From Candidatus Dojkabacteria bacterium (lineage in GTDB: Bacteria > Patescibacteriota > Dojkabacteria > JAHIVN01): DNA of 64,000 bases. Shown here piece by piece: positions 38,306-48,340 of this stretch. The position numbers and the translations under genes were made by a program. How positions within the stretch are numbered: position 1 is the stretch's first letter; the number at the start of each line of letters is the position of its first letter. The notes beneath the pieces are model-generated. The model was not told the origin of the DNA, did no database searches, and saw only the letters and a program-made list of their open reading frames with translations. The stretch lies in the NCBI GenBank assembly GCA_016932045.1, contig JAFGDO010000001.1, forward strand, positions 1,014-65,013, read 5' to 3'.

Positions 38306-38887
38306 ATGAACCGTATAAGAATTAACAGAAAGAAAATTCTTCCTAAAAAAGCAAAAAAGGTTTTTTCGGGTGTAATTTTTGATGTGTATCACTGGGATCA
38401 AAAGGTGTTTGATGGAAGCACTCAAACCTTTGAGATGCTGAAACGACCGGATACTGCGGTGGTGATTCCGACAACTATTGACCGCAAGATTCTCGTTCAA
38501 TACGAAGAACAGCCACACAAGGGAAAATTTATATCCTTTCCTGGTGGACGAGTAAGTGATCCAATAAATATCGACTTAGAAGCAGCAAGAGAATTGAGCG
38601 AGGAAACCGGATATTCTTCATTAAAGTTAAAACTGTGGAAAGAGATACAACCAACGAGCAAGATGGACTACATGGTTTACTACTTTATTGCTCAAGGCTG
38701 CAAGAAAGTAACTAATCAAAAGCTCGATAAAGGAGAAAGAATAGAAGTAAGGCCACTTAGCCTTGACGAATTAATTAAACTCTTTGTCGAAGATAAGTTT
38801 AGAGGAACAGAGATAAAAGTTGATTTTTTGAAGGCCTATTACGACAAGAATATTCATAAACAATTAGAAAGAATACTATTTGGATAA
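38306..38887 (+). CDS. NUDIX hydrolase (ADP-ribose pyrophosphatase-like).
   Basis: Nudix box SFPGGRVSDPINIDLEAARELSEETGY. Confidence 0.8.
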   Translation: MNRIRINRKKILPKKAKKVFSGVIFDVYHWDQKVFDGSTQTFEMLKRPDTAVVIPTTIDRKILVQYEEQPHKGKFISFPGGRVSDPINIDLEAARELSEETGYSSLKLKLWKEIQPTSKMDYMVYYFIAQGCKKVTNQKLDKGERIEVRPLSLDELIKLFVEDKFRGTEIKVDFLKAYYDKNIHKQLERILFG

Positions 38888-38892
38888 TCAAT

Positions 38893-39417
38893 ATGTCGCC
38901 CGAAACCGAACCAATTATTGCACCAATACAGGATCAAATTGCTCAAGCATTTGAGACATGGCCTTTTTCGGATAATCCCGGCTTGTCAACTTCAACTTTA
39001 CGGGTACTCGCGTGTACCCTTTTATATTCTCCACAACATTGGGGATTTTCCGTTTTACAGGAGAATGCAAATCAACAAACTGTATCCGTATCTACAAAAA
39101 ATGCCGCTCTTTCTAATCAAATAAGAAGAACACTAATCTGTTTAACACATAACCGAGGTAATACTGTACAAGCAGGTGGAATGCATCCTCAACCGCTTCA
39201 TGAGATTAAGTTTTCTATCACGTTAGCGGGACAAACAAAACTCCTTGCAATTGAACTCTACATCTTACGACAGCTCGGAAGAATTGCAAATCATATAAAA
39301 GTAATTTGGGATTTTGAACATGGTTGGAATCTTAACAACTCTCAGGATACAGGCTTACTTTCTGATACACAAGTATGTGCAATTTTGAAGGATGTTCAAC
39401 AGGCTTCATCCGTTTAA
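38893..39417 (+). CDS. Hypothetical protein, compositionally atypical.
   Basis: 174-aa ORF, Gln/Ala/Leu/Thr-rich and GC-richer than neighbours. No motif recognised. Confidence 0.3.
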   Translation: MSPETEPIIAPIQDQIAQAFETWPFSDNPGLSTSTLRVLACTLLYSPQHWGFSVLQENANQQTVSVSTKNAALSNQIRRTLICLTHNRGNTVQAGGMHPQPLHEIKFSITLAGQTKLLAIELYILRQLGRIANHIKVIWDFEHGWNLNNSQDTGLLSDTQVCAILKDVQQASSV

Positions 39418-40344
39418 TTACTTCCACTTCCGTTGAGTCTCAAATGTAGCATGAGGGTTGAACTTCCTTAAAAGCCTCTGAGGATTTTCTCCCAAGACTT
39501 TGATTTTATCTTCTGGAAATAAGAGACCAGTTCCTTTTTCTCTCAGCATATTTAGATAGCCGACATCTTCGATATCAAATCCCATTAAATACGTTGCAAG
39601 AGAATCTGCTGCTAATGCATCCAAAGAGCCAAGTGTCCAACCAGAATGTATCTCTGTGCCAAAAACCGGACCATCCCCTTCCATTCCGACAGTTCCATCA
39701 AGAATAGTAAGATTAGGATAAACAGTATTTGCAATCTTACTCATAATATCGTGAATAGCTTTTCCCCTATGTATCATAACACGCTCCCTAAACCTCTGGC
39801 TAATAGCACCGACTACAACATTTTTAATGCCAAGCGTCACAACAACCGTGTCATGAGTTTTTGGGCGAGTGATTGAAACAAGAAATGGAGCTTCAACTAA
39901 TGTTTTGCTTAAATGTAATGCCAATTCACCACCGGGACATTTAATATTCTTAAGAATTGTTTCATCATCGGCCAGATCAAATAAAAATACATCTGGGTAC
40001 TCATGTGATAAATCAACAAAGCCGTAATCTAGAAAAGCTTTCTTAGTATCTCCTCCAGAAGCTTCTTCTGCTATTATAATATTCCCCCCATAGAACGATC
40101 TCACAAAATCTACAAACGCATGTACAGCTTCAACAGGCGTAGTAGCAAGCTCATAATTAGTCGACACAAAATTAATTTTGACAACTATTTGGGAGACATT
40201 TTGAATAGCATCCTTTATATCTGATGCAAGAATTTCTAACGAATTTGTCACACCATAGAAGTGATCATCGCTTTTAACAAGGGATACTTTAGATTTCATA
40301 CGAAGCATTATATTGGCAAGTATAATAGTTGTAAATATAATCAT
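39418..40344 (-). CDS. DUF362-family protein.
   Basis: ITRPKTHDTVVVTLGIKNVVVG resembles the conserved KTH...G(V/I)T...KN..G core of DUF362 (COG2006). Confidence 0.5.
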   Translation of the reverse strand: MIIFTTIILANIMLRMKSKVSLVKSDDHFYGVTNSLEILASDIKDAIQNVSQIVVKINFVSTNYELATTPVEAVHAFVDFVRSFYGGNIIIAEEASGGDTKKAFLDYGFVDLSHEYPDVFLFDLADDETILKNIKCPGGELALHLSKTLVEAPFLVSITRPKTHDTVVVTLGIKNVVVGAISQRFRERVMIHRGKAIHDIMSKIANTVYPNLTILDGTVGMEGDGPVFGTEIHSGWTLGSLDALAADSLATYLMGFDIEDVGYLNMLREKGTGLLFPEDKIKVLGENPQRLLRKFNPHATFETQRKWK

Positions 40345-40669
40345 TCAAGCTGTCTGGCTATCCAACTATCCGACAGTATAACAATCATCAGTCTACAATC
40401 ATCCTGCCTGCGACTAGCTTTGGCGAGTCGAGCTTGCTTGCAATGAGTTTACCGAACTGCCGAAGGACAATCTTCAATCTATTCGCTACTTGTCCTGAGC
40501 GTAGTCGAAGGATCTAGCTATCCAGCCACAAACTTACAGCTTTACGCAAACTATCAACCCATTTAAATACCATACTGTTTCTCTGCCTCTCTGTTTTTGC
40601 TGCTTATCTATTTGCCATTCCTTGCTTATTCGCCTAAAATTAAAACAGCTATCTTATTATCGAAACAAA

Positions 40670-41584
40670 ATGATAAAAGTACACGATCTTGCAATAATAG
40701 GCACAGGACCGGCAGGTTATGCTGCAGCTATATATGCTTCGCGCTATAAACTTGATTTTATTCTTATTGGTCAGGTTTCAGGAGGACTCGTGTCTGAGGC
40801 CCACACAATTTGTAACTATCCGGGATTTCAATCAATAACAGGAATGGAGCTTACGCAAAAATTTAAGGAACATATATCTATGCTAAGTGTACAAGAGGTA
40901 AATGACGAGGTCACCGAAGTAAAAGAGAGTAATGGTGAATTCTCAATAACAACAAGAAGCGACCAGAAATATTATGCAAAAAGTGTACTTTTGGCTATTG
41001 GAACAAAACGCAGGAAGTTAAATCTTTCGAACGAAGCGAAATTTCTTGGAAAAGGAGTGTCGTATTGTGCAACATGTGACGGAGGATTCTTTAAGGATAA
41101 AATAGTTGCTGTAGTTGGGGGAAGCGACGCAGCAAATACAGCTTCACTTTATCTTGCGAAACTTGCCTCAAAAGTCTATCAGATATATCGGAAGGACAAA
41201 CTTCGAGGTGACCCGACATGGGCTGATCAAGTGATGAAGAATGAGAAGATCGAAGTAGTACTGAATTCCAATATAGCAGAGCTTATAGGAGAAGATAATC
41301 TCGAGAAGATAATCCTTGATAGAGGACAGGAGATTAAAGTTGATGGATTGTTTGTTGAGATCGGCTCAGTACCAAATGAGACGCTCATCAAACAGCTCAA
41401 CATAAAGACTGATGACGAGAAATATATAATAGTGAATGCTGCTCAAAGAACAAACATAGATGGTGTCTGGGCAGCAGGAGATATAACTACAGCATCGAAT
41501 GGTTTTCGGCAGGTAATAACTGCTTGCGCAGAAGGATCAATAGCAGCAAATGATATATTTACTCATATATCTAGAAATACATAA
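40670..41584 (+). CDS. trxB: Thioredoxin-disulfide reductase.
   Basis: IIGTGPAGYAAAIYASR (FAD GxGxxG), redox-active CATCDG, GGSDAANTASLY (NADPH site). The track ORF starts at 40622, but the conserved N-terminus begins at the internal Met (MIKVHDLAIIG), so the start is placed at 40670. Confidence 0.85.
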   Translation: MIKVHDLAIIGTGPAGYAAAIYASRYKLDFILIGQVSGGLVSEAHTICNYPGFQSITGMELTQKFKEHISMLSVQEVNDEVTEVKESNGEFSITTRSDQKYYAKSVLLAIGTKRRKLNLSNEAKFLGKGVSYCATCDGGFFKDKIVAVVGGSDAANTASLYLAKLASKVYQIYRKDKLRGDPTWADQVMKNEKIEVVLNSNIAELIGEDNLEKIILDRGQEIKVDGLFVEIGSVPNETLIKQLNIKTDDEKYIIVNAAQRTNIDGVWAAGDITTASNGFRQVITACAEGSIAANDIFTHISRNT

Positions 41585-41739
41585 GCCCCCGTCGATCCAA
41601 AAAAGTGAATTTTCTTATAGCATTACCCTCACACACAAACTTCCTATCCGAAACTCCTATAGAAATAGTTACAAAACCTTTACTTATTTTCCTGTTGTGA
41701 TAATATCATTCATATATAACTCCTTAATATCGATTATAT

Positions 41740-43338
41740 ATGGCCCGGCATGCAGACATTGGCATATATGGAATAGGTGTTATGGGTCTTGCATTAGCAA
41801 GAAATATTGCAGGTAAAGGATATAAAGTAGTAGTAGCCAATCGGACAGTAATTGAAGCAAAAAAAGCACTAGAAGAAATACGAAGATTTAAAGAATCAAA
41901 AAACATTTTCCTAGCACAAGATATCTCTGATCTTGTAAAAGATGTAAAAGGACCTCTTATTCTCCTTATTCCCTCGGGCGATCCCCAAGAAGATCTCGTG
42001 ACAGGAAAATCGACCGCTCCTGTAGATGATGTAATCTTCAATGGAAGTGAATCAATAAAAGAAAATGGCAAGACCTTCAGGGTAAAGCCTCTGATAAAAC
42101 TTGTAGGCAAAAATCATATAATTATAGATGCAGGTAATTCTCATCCATATGCTTCAGCCATCCGTGATCTTCGACTTTCGAAACTTGGAATACAATTCCT
42201 TGGGATGGGAGTTAGTGGCGGTGAAATGGGTGCACTAAAGGGCCCAGCTCTCATGCCAGGAGGAGCATACTCAACATATAAATCTGCAGAAAAGTTACTC
42301 AAATCAGCAGCAGCAAAAAAAGGTAAGACAGTTTGTTGTGATTGGATGGGCCCTGGAGGGGCCGGTCACTTTGTTAAAATTATACATAACGGGATTGAAT
42401 ACGGCATTATGCAAGCTATCGCTGAATGTTATTTCTTGCTTAGGGAAGGCTTCAGTTTCTCAAACAAAGAGCTACACGAATTCTTCAGTGAGTGTAATAA
42501 GGGAAGCTTTAAAAGCTACTTACTCGAGATAACAGCACATATTTTAAATACCCATAATGACAATGAGGAATATATCCTAGACCAAATTCTAGATAGTGCT
42601 GGAGCCAAGGGGACAGGCAAGTGGACTACTCAAATTGCAGCAGATCTTGGTATTGCAACAGGAAATATATATGCAGCGCTGGAAGCCAGGCAATTATCGA
42701 ATAAGAAAGAAGAAAGAGAGAGGATCGGTAAGTTAATAAAGAAAAACAAATTGGATGTTAATCGTATCTCAAAGAAAAAAATAAAAGAAACAGCAAAGGA
42801 TTCTCTTTATGCCTCAATTCTCACTTCATACATTCAAGGCTTTCATATCCTCAGGGCAGCTTCAGATGAATTAACTTATACAGCGCCACATAGAGCATTT
42901 GCTGAGAAGTTAAGCCATTACAAGAAAGAAGAGCTAAATACTAAACTCAATTTTGCTAAAATTGCTAACGTGTGGAAATCTGGATGCATCATAAGATCAA
43001 ATCTATTGGAGCTATTTGAAAAGGTATTTAAAGAGGAGAAAGTGGATAATTTATTCTTAAGTAAAAGGATAACTGCTCTTTTCAAAAAGTTTTATAAGAA
43101 CTGGAAAGAGGCGGTAAAAATATCGATATCTATGGATTTGCCTTATTCTGTATCAACATCAAGTTTAAATTACCTAAATAGTTTCAGAAGTCAAAATTTA
43201 CCAGCAAATCTTACCCAGGCACAACGAGATCTTTTTGGTGCTCATACTTTCAAAAAGATAAGTGATTCTTATACTCACCATTTTAATTGGGGAGCAAAAT
43301 ACTCCATAACTCCAACATATAAAATCTCAGATAAGTAA
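41740..43338 (+). CDS. gnd: 6-phosphogluconate dehydrogenase (decarboxylating), with an approximately 40-aa insertion in the NAD(P)-binding domain.
   Basis: IGIYGIGVMGLALARN (Rossmann), IIIDAGNSHPYAS, GMGVSGGEMGALKGPALMPGG, C-terminal DLFGAHTF. Extra segment PSGDPQEDLVTGKSTAPVDDVIFNGSESIKENGKTFRVKPL between conserved blocks. Confidence 0.85.
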   Translation: MARHADIGIYGIGVMGLALARNIAGKGYKVVVANRTVIEAKKALEEIRRFKESKNIFLAQDISDLVKDVKGPLILLIPSGDPQEDLVTGKSTAPVDDVIFNGSESIKENGKTFRVKPLIKLVGKNHIIIDAGNSHPYASAIRDLRLSKLGIQFLGMGVSGGEMGALKGPALMPGGAYSTYKSAEKLLKSAAAKKGKTVCCDWMGPGGAGHFVKIIHNGIEYGIMQAIAECYFLLREGFSFSNKELHEFFSECNKGSFKSYLLEITAHILNTHNDNEEYILDQILDSAGAKGTGKWTTQIAADLGIATGNIYAALEARQLSNKKEERERIGKLIKKNKLDVNRISKKKIKETAKDSLYASILTSYIQGFHILRAASDELTYTAPHRAFAEKLSHYKKEELNTKLNFAKIANVWKSGCIIRSNLLELFEKVFKEEKVDNLFLSKRITALFKKFYKNWKEAVKISISMDLPYSVSTSSLNYLNSFRSQNLPANLTQAQRDLFGAHTFKKISDSYTHHFNWGAKYSITPTYKISDK

Positions 43339-43341
43339 CTT

Positions 43342-44838
43342 ATGAAAGTCGTTTGTATTGATGCAGGTACTTCTACTATTAAAGCCCAAGTGTATGACGA
43401 GAACGGCCCGATTTCGCAGGTTGTAAGGACTACATCATCTCATTGTTTTGATTTAAAAGAAGGAATAATTCATCATAAAGAATTTATACTTTCCACAAGG
43501 AAATGTCTTAGAAAAGTAATAGCTCTTCTTGAAGAAAAGATTGTTGACGCTATTGGACTTGTTACAGTTGGTCCATCACTTGCTATATTTGACAAGAATC
43601 GAGAGCTTTTAAAAGTTAGAAACTACAACTTCCAGACTGCTCAAGCAGGTATAAGAAAAATTATTGGAATGAATTTGTATAAAGCCCGTGGTGTTGGTGC
43701 TGGTTCACAATTTACGCCGGAACAGATCATTCAGTTAAAGAAAGACAAGGCCTTACCCGAGAATCCCTACTTCTCATCCATTGCAAGTATCTTGTGCAAA
43801 AGTCTAGGAGGAGAAATCAAAAACTGGACTTATCCCGAAGCTTCTTACAACGGCTTACTTGATATCCAAAGATTTAAATACTTAGATCAGCTTTTTCAAG
43901 AATTTGGCCTTCAAAAGAGCTCGTTCCCTAAATTCACTTTAGGGCCAAGCGGATATCTTTCTATGGATTTAAAGGAAAAATATGGAATACCCAACAATCA
44001 CAAAATTCCCATTTACTGTTTTGGAACAGACGGACCGGCAACACAGGCTTATATAGGCGAGCATTTATCAACCTTCAAGATAGAATCTACTTGTGCAATC
44101 AGGGTAATGGGCAGCCATCCAATATTTAATAATAAACCACTCATAAAAGGTTTTCCTGGTGTCTGGAATGTTGCTTTCAAGGATTCTAGGACGGATACTT
44201 GTTTTGTGAGTGGAGCTACAACAAATGCTGGAGTGAATACAATAAAACATTATTTTCCTGAGTTAAGTGATCAACAATTAGAAGAATTTGATGAAGAACT
44301 AATTAAGTTGATGCAGAATGGACTACCATCAAAAAGAGAAGTTGGAATTGAGTTACCTTTTGAATTTGGAGAAAGGGATGGAATCCCAAGAAGGTCAGGA
44401 ATTTTAGGTAAAAAGCCTAAGGATAAAATACTACTTTATTATGCTATTAAGGAAGGAGTTCTATTTAATATGATGCAAAGAGTATTACTTGTAAGAAAAG
44501 CGCAACAAGAAGCAGGCAATAAGCTAGGAAATAAATTCTTAACCACAGGCGCTATAAATGTCTCAAAACCTTGGTTGGATCTAGCCATCCTAATGCTAAG
44601 TGAAATCATAGACATAAATGATCCCGAACTGATAAATCCGAACTACCCTGAATTAGCATTAACTGCTATTGCTCGTGGAACATTTAAAAAGCTTGGAGTT
44701 AAAAACTCAATTACTGCCGGAGGGAATTCATCTGATCTAAATTCTTTGTCATTTAAACCTTCGGAAAACACCTGCGGGCACATTAAAAAGCGCTGGCAGT
44801 TATATAATGAGTTTTACGATAAGACTACAAAGGTCTAA
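43342..44838 (+). CDS. FGGY-family carbohydrate kinase (possibly gluconokinase, given the adjacent gnd).
   Basis: N-terminal CIDAGTSTIKAQVYD (FGGY phosphate-1 motif resembling IDxGTTSxR). Size and two-domain layout typical of FGGY kinases. Substrate inferred from context only. Confidence 0.6.
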   Translation: MKVVCIDAGTSTIKAQVYDENGPISQVVRTTSSHCFDLKEGIIHHKEFILSTRKCLRKVIALLEEKIVDAIGLVTVGPSLAIFDKNRELLKVRNYNFQTAQAGIRKIIGMNLYKARGVGAGSQFTPEQIIQLKKDKALPENPYFSSIASILCKSLGGEIKNWTYPEASYNGLLDIQRFKYLDQLFQEFGLQKSSFPKFTLGPSGYLSMDLKEKYGIPNNHKIPIYCFGTDGPATQAYIGEHLSTFKIESTCAIRVMGSHPIFNNKPLIKGFPGVWNVAFKDSRTDTCFVSGATTNAGVNTIKHYFPELSDQQLEEFDEELIKLMQNGLPSKREVGIELPFEFGERDGIPRRSGILGKKPKDKILLYYAIKEGVLFNMMQRVLLVRKAQQEAGNKLGNKFLTTGAINVSKPWLDLAILMLSEIIDINDPELINPNYPELALTAIARGTFKKLGVKNSITAGGNSSDLNSLSFKPSENTCGHIKKRWQLYNEFYDKTTKV

Positions 44839-44889
44839 CTAAAAATATTGAGGAATGAGCCTCAAATTCAAGATGGTTGGTTGCTTAGC

Positions 44890-45540
44890 CTAATCAGAAT
44901 AATATCTTTTTTCTATTGCAAGCAAGACTGCATGTATCTTCTTTGACAAAGTTTTAGAATACTTTTCGATTCTAAAATTCTTCACATCTTTGACTAACAC
45001 ATAACTACCAAGCTTTGCTTTTAGGCTGGATGAAAAAAAGCCTATATCTCCCCTACCTACACTTACAACATTTGACTCTACTTCATCTAATTTATATGAA
45101 AACACTTTTTTATATTTACTATAGATCCATCCGGGACAAGTATAACTTTGATTTGTCAGTTTGAGTGCTTTTGGAAGTGAAAACCCCTCTAGAGATTCAA
45201 CAAACGGCACTTCGGCTCCTTTCTGTAAAGCCTTGCCCTTTTTCTCTAGAAGTTCAGATAATCTTTTGATTTCATCCGATAGAGGAACTTCCTCTACACC
45301 AAAAAAATATTGAATAGGTTTTCCAAGGGCTTTTGCAATTTTTTCAAGGTTCTTTCTCGGACTACTTTTCCCGTTCTCATATCTTGATATCATTTCCCAA
45401 GTTACTCCAATTTTTTTCCCAAGTTGCGATTGGCTCAACTGCGATTCTGCCCTGGCTTTTTTAATCTGAAGACCTATTTTTTTATCCTGCATTATTATGT
45501 TCATAAAATTTAATATAGTGTTTTGAGTTCCGCTCTCCAA
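44890..45540 (-). CDS. XRE-family helix-turn-helix transcriptional regulator with C-terminal domain of unknown function.
   Basis: LQIKKARAESQLSQSQLGKKIGVTWEMISRYENGKSSP is a canonical XRE/Cro-type HTH. The start may be an internal Met (MQDKK). Confidence 0.7.
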   Translation of the reverse strand: MESGTQNTILNFMNIIMQDKKIGLQIKKARAESQLSQSQLGKKIGVTWEMISRYENGKSSPRKNLEKIAKALGKPIQYFFGVEEVPLSDEIKRLSELLEKKGKALQKGAEVPFVESLEGFSLPKALKLTNQSYTCPGWIYSKYKKVFSYKLDEVESNVVSVGRGDIGFFSSSLKAKLGSYVLVKDVKNFRIEKYSKTLSKKIHAVLLAIEKRYYSD

Positions 45541-45560
45541 TCTTCCTTCAATGATTCATA

Positions 45561-45595
45561 TTCTTAATTCTTAATTCTTAATTCTTAATTCTTAA
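45561..45595. repeat. Tandem heptamer repeat (TTCTTAA)x5 in the divergent intergenic region.
   Basis: Five perfect tandem copies read directly from the sequence, immediately upstream of the XRE regulator start (minus strand). Followed by a purine-rich low-complexity tract (TAGTTA/TAGATA-like) through about 45730. Confidence 0.9.
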
Positions 45596-45798
45596 TTATA
45601 TAACACATATTACTATATCATATAATATGAAAGATTTACAGGTAGGTGTAGTAAGACGACAGGAATAGATAGGCAGTAAAGTAGTTAAATAGTTAGTTAG
45701 ATAGTAAGTAGTTACTAGATGACTGATTTGAGATATAAGTTATCAGTTATCAAGATAGCCTTACACTTTCGCGCTATTTATAATATACTTACCTGACC

Positions 45799-47052
45799 AT
45801 GAAAGAACAAATTCAAAAGTCGCGACTGAAGAACAAACTAAGGGTGCTACTTATAAACAAAGAGGGGTTACAAACAACGACTATAATATTTAAGACAAAT
45901 GTAGGAAGTATAAATGAGCCACAAGGGAAAAATGGCTTGTGCACTCTTACTCACAGAATGAATCTGCGGGGAATAAAAAGAATCCCCGACACTTACAAAC
46001 TCAATCTGGAAATAGAAAAGATTGGTGCAAGCCTAGTTTCCAGTTCTACAAAAGAAATAACCTCTTTTGCCATAACAGCCCAGAAACAATTTCTTCCACA
46101 AGTCATAAAGTTACTTGCTGAAGTTATAGAGACACCTATAGATAAATCAGAAGACCTTAAGAAAGAAAAAATCATTCTGACTTCTCAAATAGAAGAACTT
46201 GAAGATAATCCGATGGAATATGCCCTGATAAAATTTACACAACAAGTTTATAAGGACACCAAGCTAGAAAATCTCTCACTTGGGAGTATCATTCACTTAA
46301 AAAAGATAGATATTAGAGATATTAGGCTTTTCAGAAAAAAGTATTTTAATAGCGAAGCTTTAATTACAGTAAGCGGAGATCTTGAAAATGCCAAGGTCTT
46401 AAGCCTCCTAGAAAAGAACTTCGCATTTAAACTTAATCTCTACAGACCAACCAAGGTAAAGTTTAAAAGACCGAAACAACTACTCCAATTCATCAGAAAA
46501 GAGATAGCACAACCAGTTTTTGTCCTGGGGGGAACTGCTCCAAATTATACTTCTAAAGACTACTATCATTTCCTCATCGGCAAAATGATACTAGGTACCG
46601 GAACGGGATCAAAACTTCACCAAACAATACGCGAAAAGTTACATCTAGCATATTATGCATACTCTTTTTTTGCACCAACAGGAATCATAGGGATGTGCGG
46701 AGGAATATCCGGCGTTTTAGGACAAAAATTGAAAGATGCAATTTATGCGACTAGGGAGGAAATTAGGAAAGTATCAAAGGGCGAATTCTCACAAGACGAA
46801 ATAGAACGGGCAAAGGGATTATATGAAGGGATGCTTATAGGATTCAACGAGTCAAGTACAGAACTTGCTTCATTTTACAGCAACCAGTTAATGTACAAGG
46901 GAAGAATTGAGAAAAGTAGAGACATACTAAATAATGTAAAAGCTGTCTCAAAGGAAGATATAGCTTTAAGTTTTAGAAAACACTTGGGAAAAGGCATGTA
47001 TTTAACCTTAATTACACATGAAAGAGAGAATGATTTAAAATGGGAATCATGA
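45799..47052 (+). CDS. M16 (pitrilysin-family) peptidase-like protein, probably the non-catalytic partner (degenerate zinc motif).
   Basis: M16 fold and length. The position of the HxxEH inverzincin motif reads LTHRM (degenerate). Overlaps the downstream active M16 gene by 13 nt. Confidence 0.55.
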   Translation: MKEQIQKSRLKNKLRVLLINKEGLQTTTIIFKTNVGSINEPQGKNGLCTLTHRMNLRGIKRIPDTYKLNLEIEKIGASLVSSSTKEITSFAITAQKQFLPQVIKLLAEVIETPIDKSEDLKKEKIILTSQIEELEDNPMEYALIKFTQQVYKDTKLENLSLGSIIHLKKIDIRDIRLFRKKYFNSEALITVSGDLENAKVLSLLEKNFAFKLNLYRPTKVKFKRPKQLLQFIRKEIAQPVFVLGGTAPNYTSKDYYHFLIGKMILGTGTGSKLHQTIREKLHLAYYAYSFFAPTGIIGMCGGISGVLGQKLKDAIYATREEIRKVSKGEFSQDEIERAKGLYEGMLIGFNESSTELASFYSNQLMYKGRIEKSRDILNNVKAVSKEDIALSFRKHLGKGMYLTLITHERENDLKWES

Positions 47053-48338
47053 AGATAAACCGAACTAAATTTAAAAATGGGGTCAGAATTCTTCATTATT
47101 ACTTGCCAACTACCAATTCTGTATCTTTATGTATACTATTTAAAACCGGACCTGTAGATGAAAAGCCAGAAGAATATGGGCTTGCTCACTTTATTGAGCA
47201 TTCTACTGGAGATGGTACAAGAAACTACCCTGACAAGAAAAAAGCGGATTTCCTGCTTGAAACCTTAGGCGTTGTGGAAAATGCATGGACAGGAAAAAAT
47301 GCCACTTGTTATTGGATGAAGTCTCCAATAAAGAATTTCTCAAAGGCCGCAGATATCTTATTCGACAAGATAACAAATCCTTTGTTTAGAGAAGAATCTG
47401 TCCAGAAGCAAAAGAGAGTAATAATTGAAGAGATAAAGATGCGCCGAGACGACCCAAATATCGTGGCCTGGGATGCTCTTTCAGAAAATATATTTGCATC
47501 ACCTGCTTTAAGCCATATAAATATAGGAAGCGAGAAGACAGTAAGCTCATTCAATCAAGATATGCTCTTTAACTTTTTTAAAAAAAATTATCACTTCAAT
47601 AATGCGCTTATCTGGATAGGAGGAAATATAAAGTTTGACGAAGTCCTTAAAGTATTAGGAAAGTTCAAACTTCCCAAGGGACCGGAAAAGAAAGAAACTA
47701 AGTATGAAAAAGCATCAGGCAAGTACTGCACCTTCCACAAGATGGATATATCTTCAGCCTATGTATACATAGGTATCAATGGATTTCCAATCGACAAAAA
47801 AAACTATTATCAACTGGCTCTTGCGAATACAATACTTGGAGAAGGCGAAGGAAGCTTTCTAAATCAAAGTTTAAAAGTCCAGAATCCCTTAGTATCAGCA
47901 ACAGGATCCGAAATTATTTCTTTTACTAAAGATGGCCTACTACTTACTTTTTTTATTTCTTCAAATGACAATATTACAAAGGCCTGCAATATTTCTTTTG
48001 AACAAATTAAAAGAGTTTTAGATGGTAATATAAACGGCTCTCTCCTTGACCGTGCCAAGAACCTCATGAAGACAGAATTCGCTTCTTTGCAAGAAACCTC
48101 TGATAAATTCGTGTGTTTCAGTTCCGATTACTCAAATCTACCGCGTTTTGAGTTACTTACCGGAAGAAAGAAAAACCTGGATGATATACTAAATACAATT
48201 AACTTAACAACAATAAACGATATAAGAAAGTCATTCCAAGAAACAATCAAAAATAGTAAAATAGTTGTTAGTGTATCGGGACCTGACCCGAAGGTTAAAG
48301 GACAAATAGATAAGATTTTAGAAAAGTCCAATCTTTAA
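47040..48338 (+). CDS. M16 family zinc peptidase (active subunit).
   Basis: GLAHFIEHSTGDGT contains the HxxEH zinc-binding motif with downstream Glu-rich region (VIIEEIKMRRDDP). Confidence 0.75.
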   Translation: MGIMKINRTKFKNGVRILHYYLPTTNSVSLCILFKTGPVDEKPEEYGLAHFIEHSTGDGTRNYPDKKKADFLLETLGVVENAWTGKNATCYWMKSPIKNFSKAADILFDKITNPLFREESVQKQKRVIIEEIKMRRDDPNIVAWDALSENIFASPALSHINIGSEKTVSSFNQDMLFNFFKKNYHFNNALIWIGGNIKFDEVLKVLGKFKLPKGPEKKETKYEKASGKYCTFHKMDISSAYVYIGINGFPIDKKNYYQLALANTILGEGEGSFLNQSLKVQNPLVSATGSEIISFTKDGLLLTFFISSNDNITKACNISFEQIKRVLDGNINGSLLDRAKNLMKTEFASLQETSDKFVCFSSDYSNLPRFELLTGRKKNLDDILNTINLTTINDIRKSFQETIKNSKIVVSVSGPDPKVKGQIDKILEKSNL

Positions 48339-48340
48339 GT

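Noticed and set aside
40622-40669. Upstream extension of trxB from the track ORF start (MLIRLKLKQLSYYRNK-).
   Set aside because: The conserved FAD-binding N-terminus begins at the internal Met (MIKVHDLAIIGTGPAG). The extension has no homolog-like sequence, so the start was placed at 40670.
45561-45595. CRISPR array.
   Set aside because: The only tandem repeat in the window is a 7-nt unit without spacers. No 24-48-nt repeat-spacer periodicity was seen anywhere in the 64 kb.
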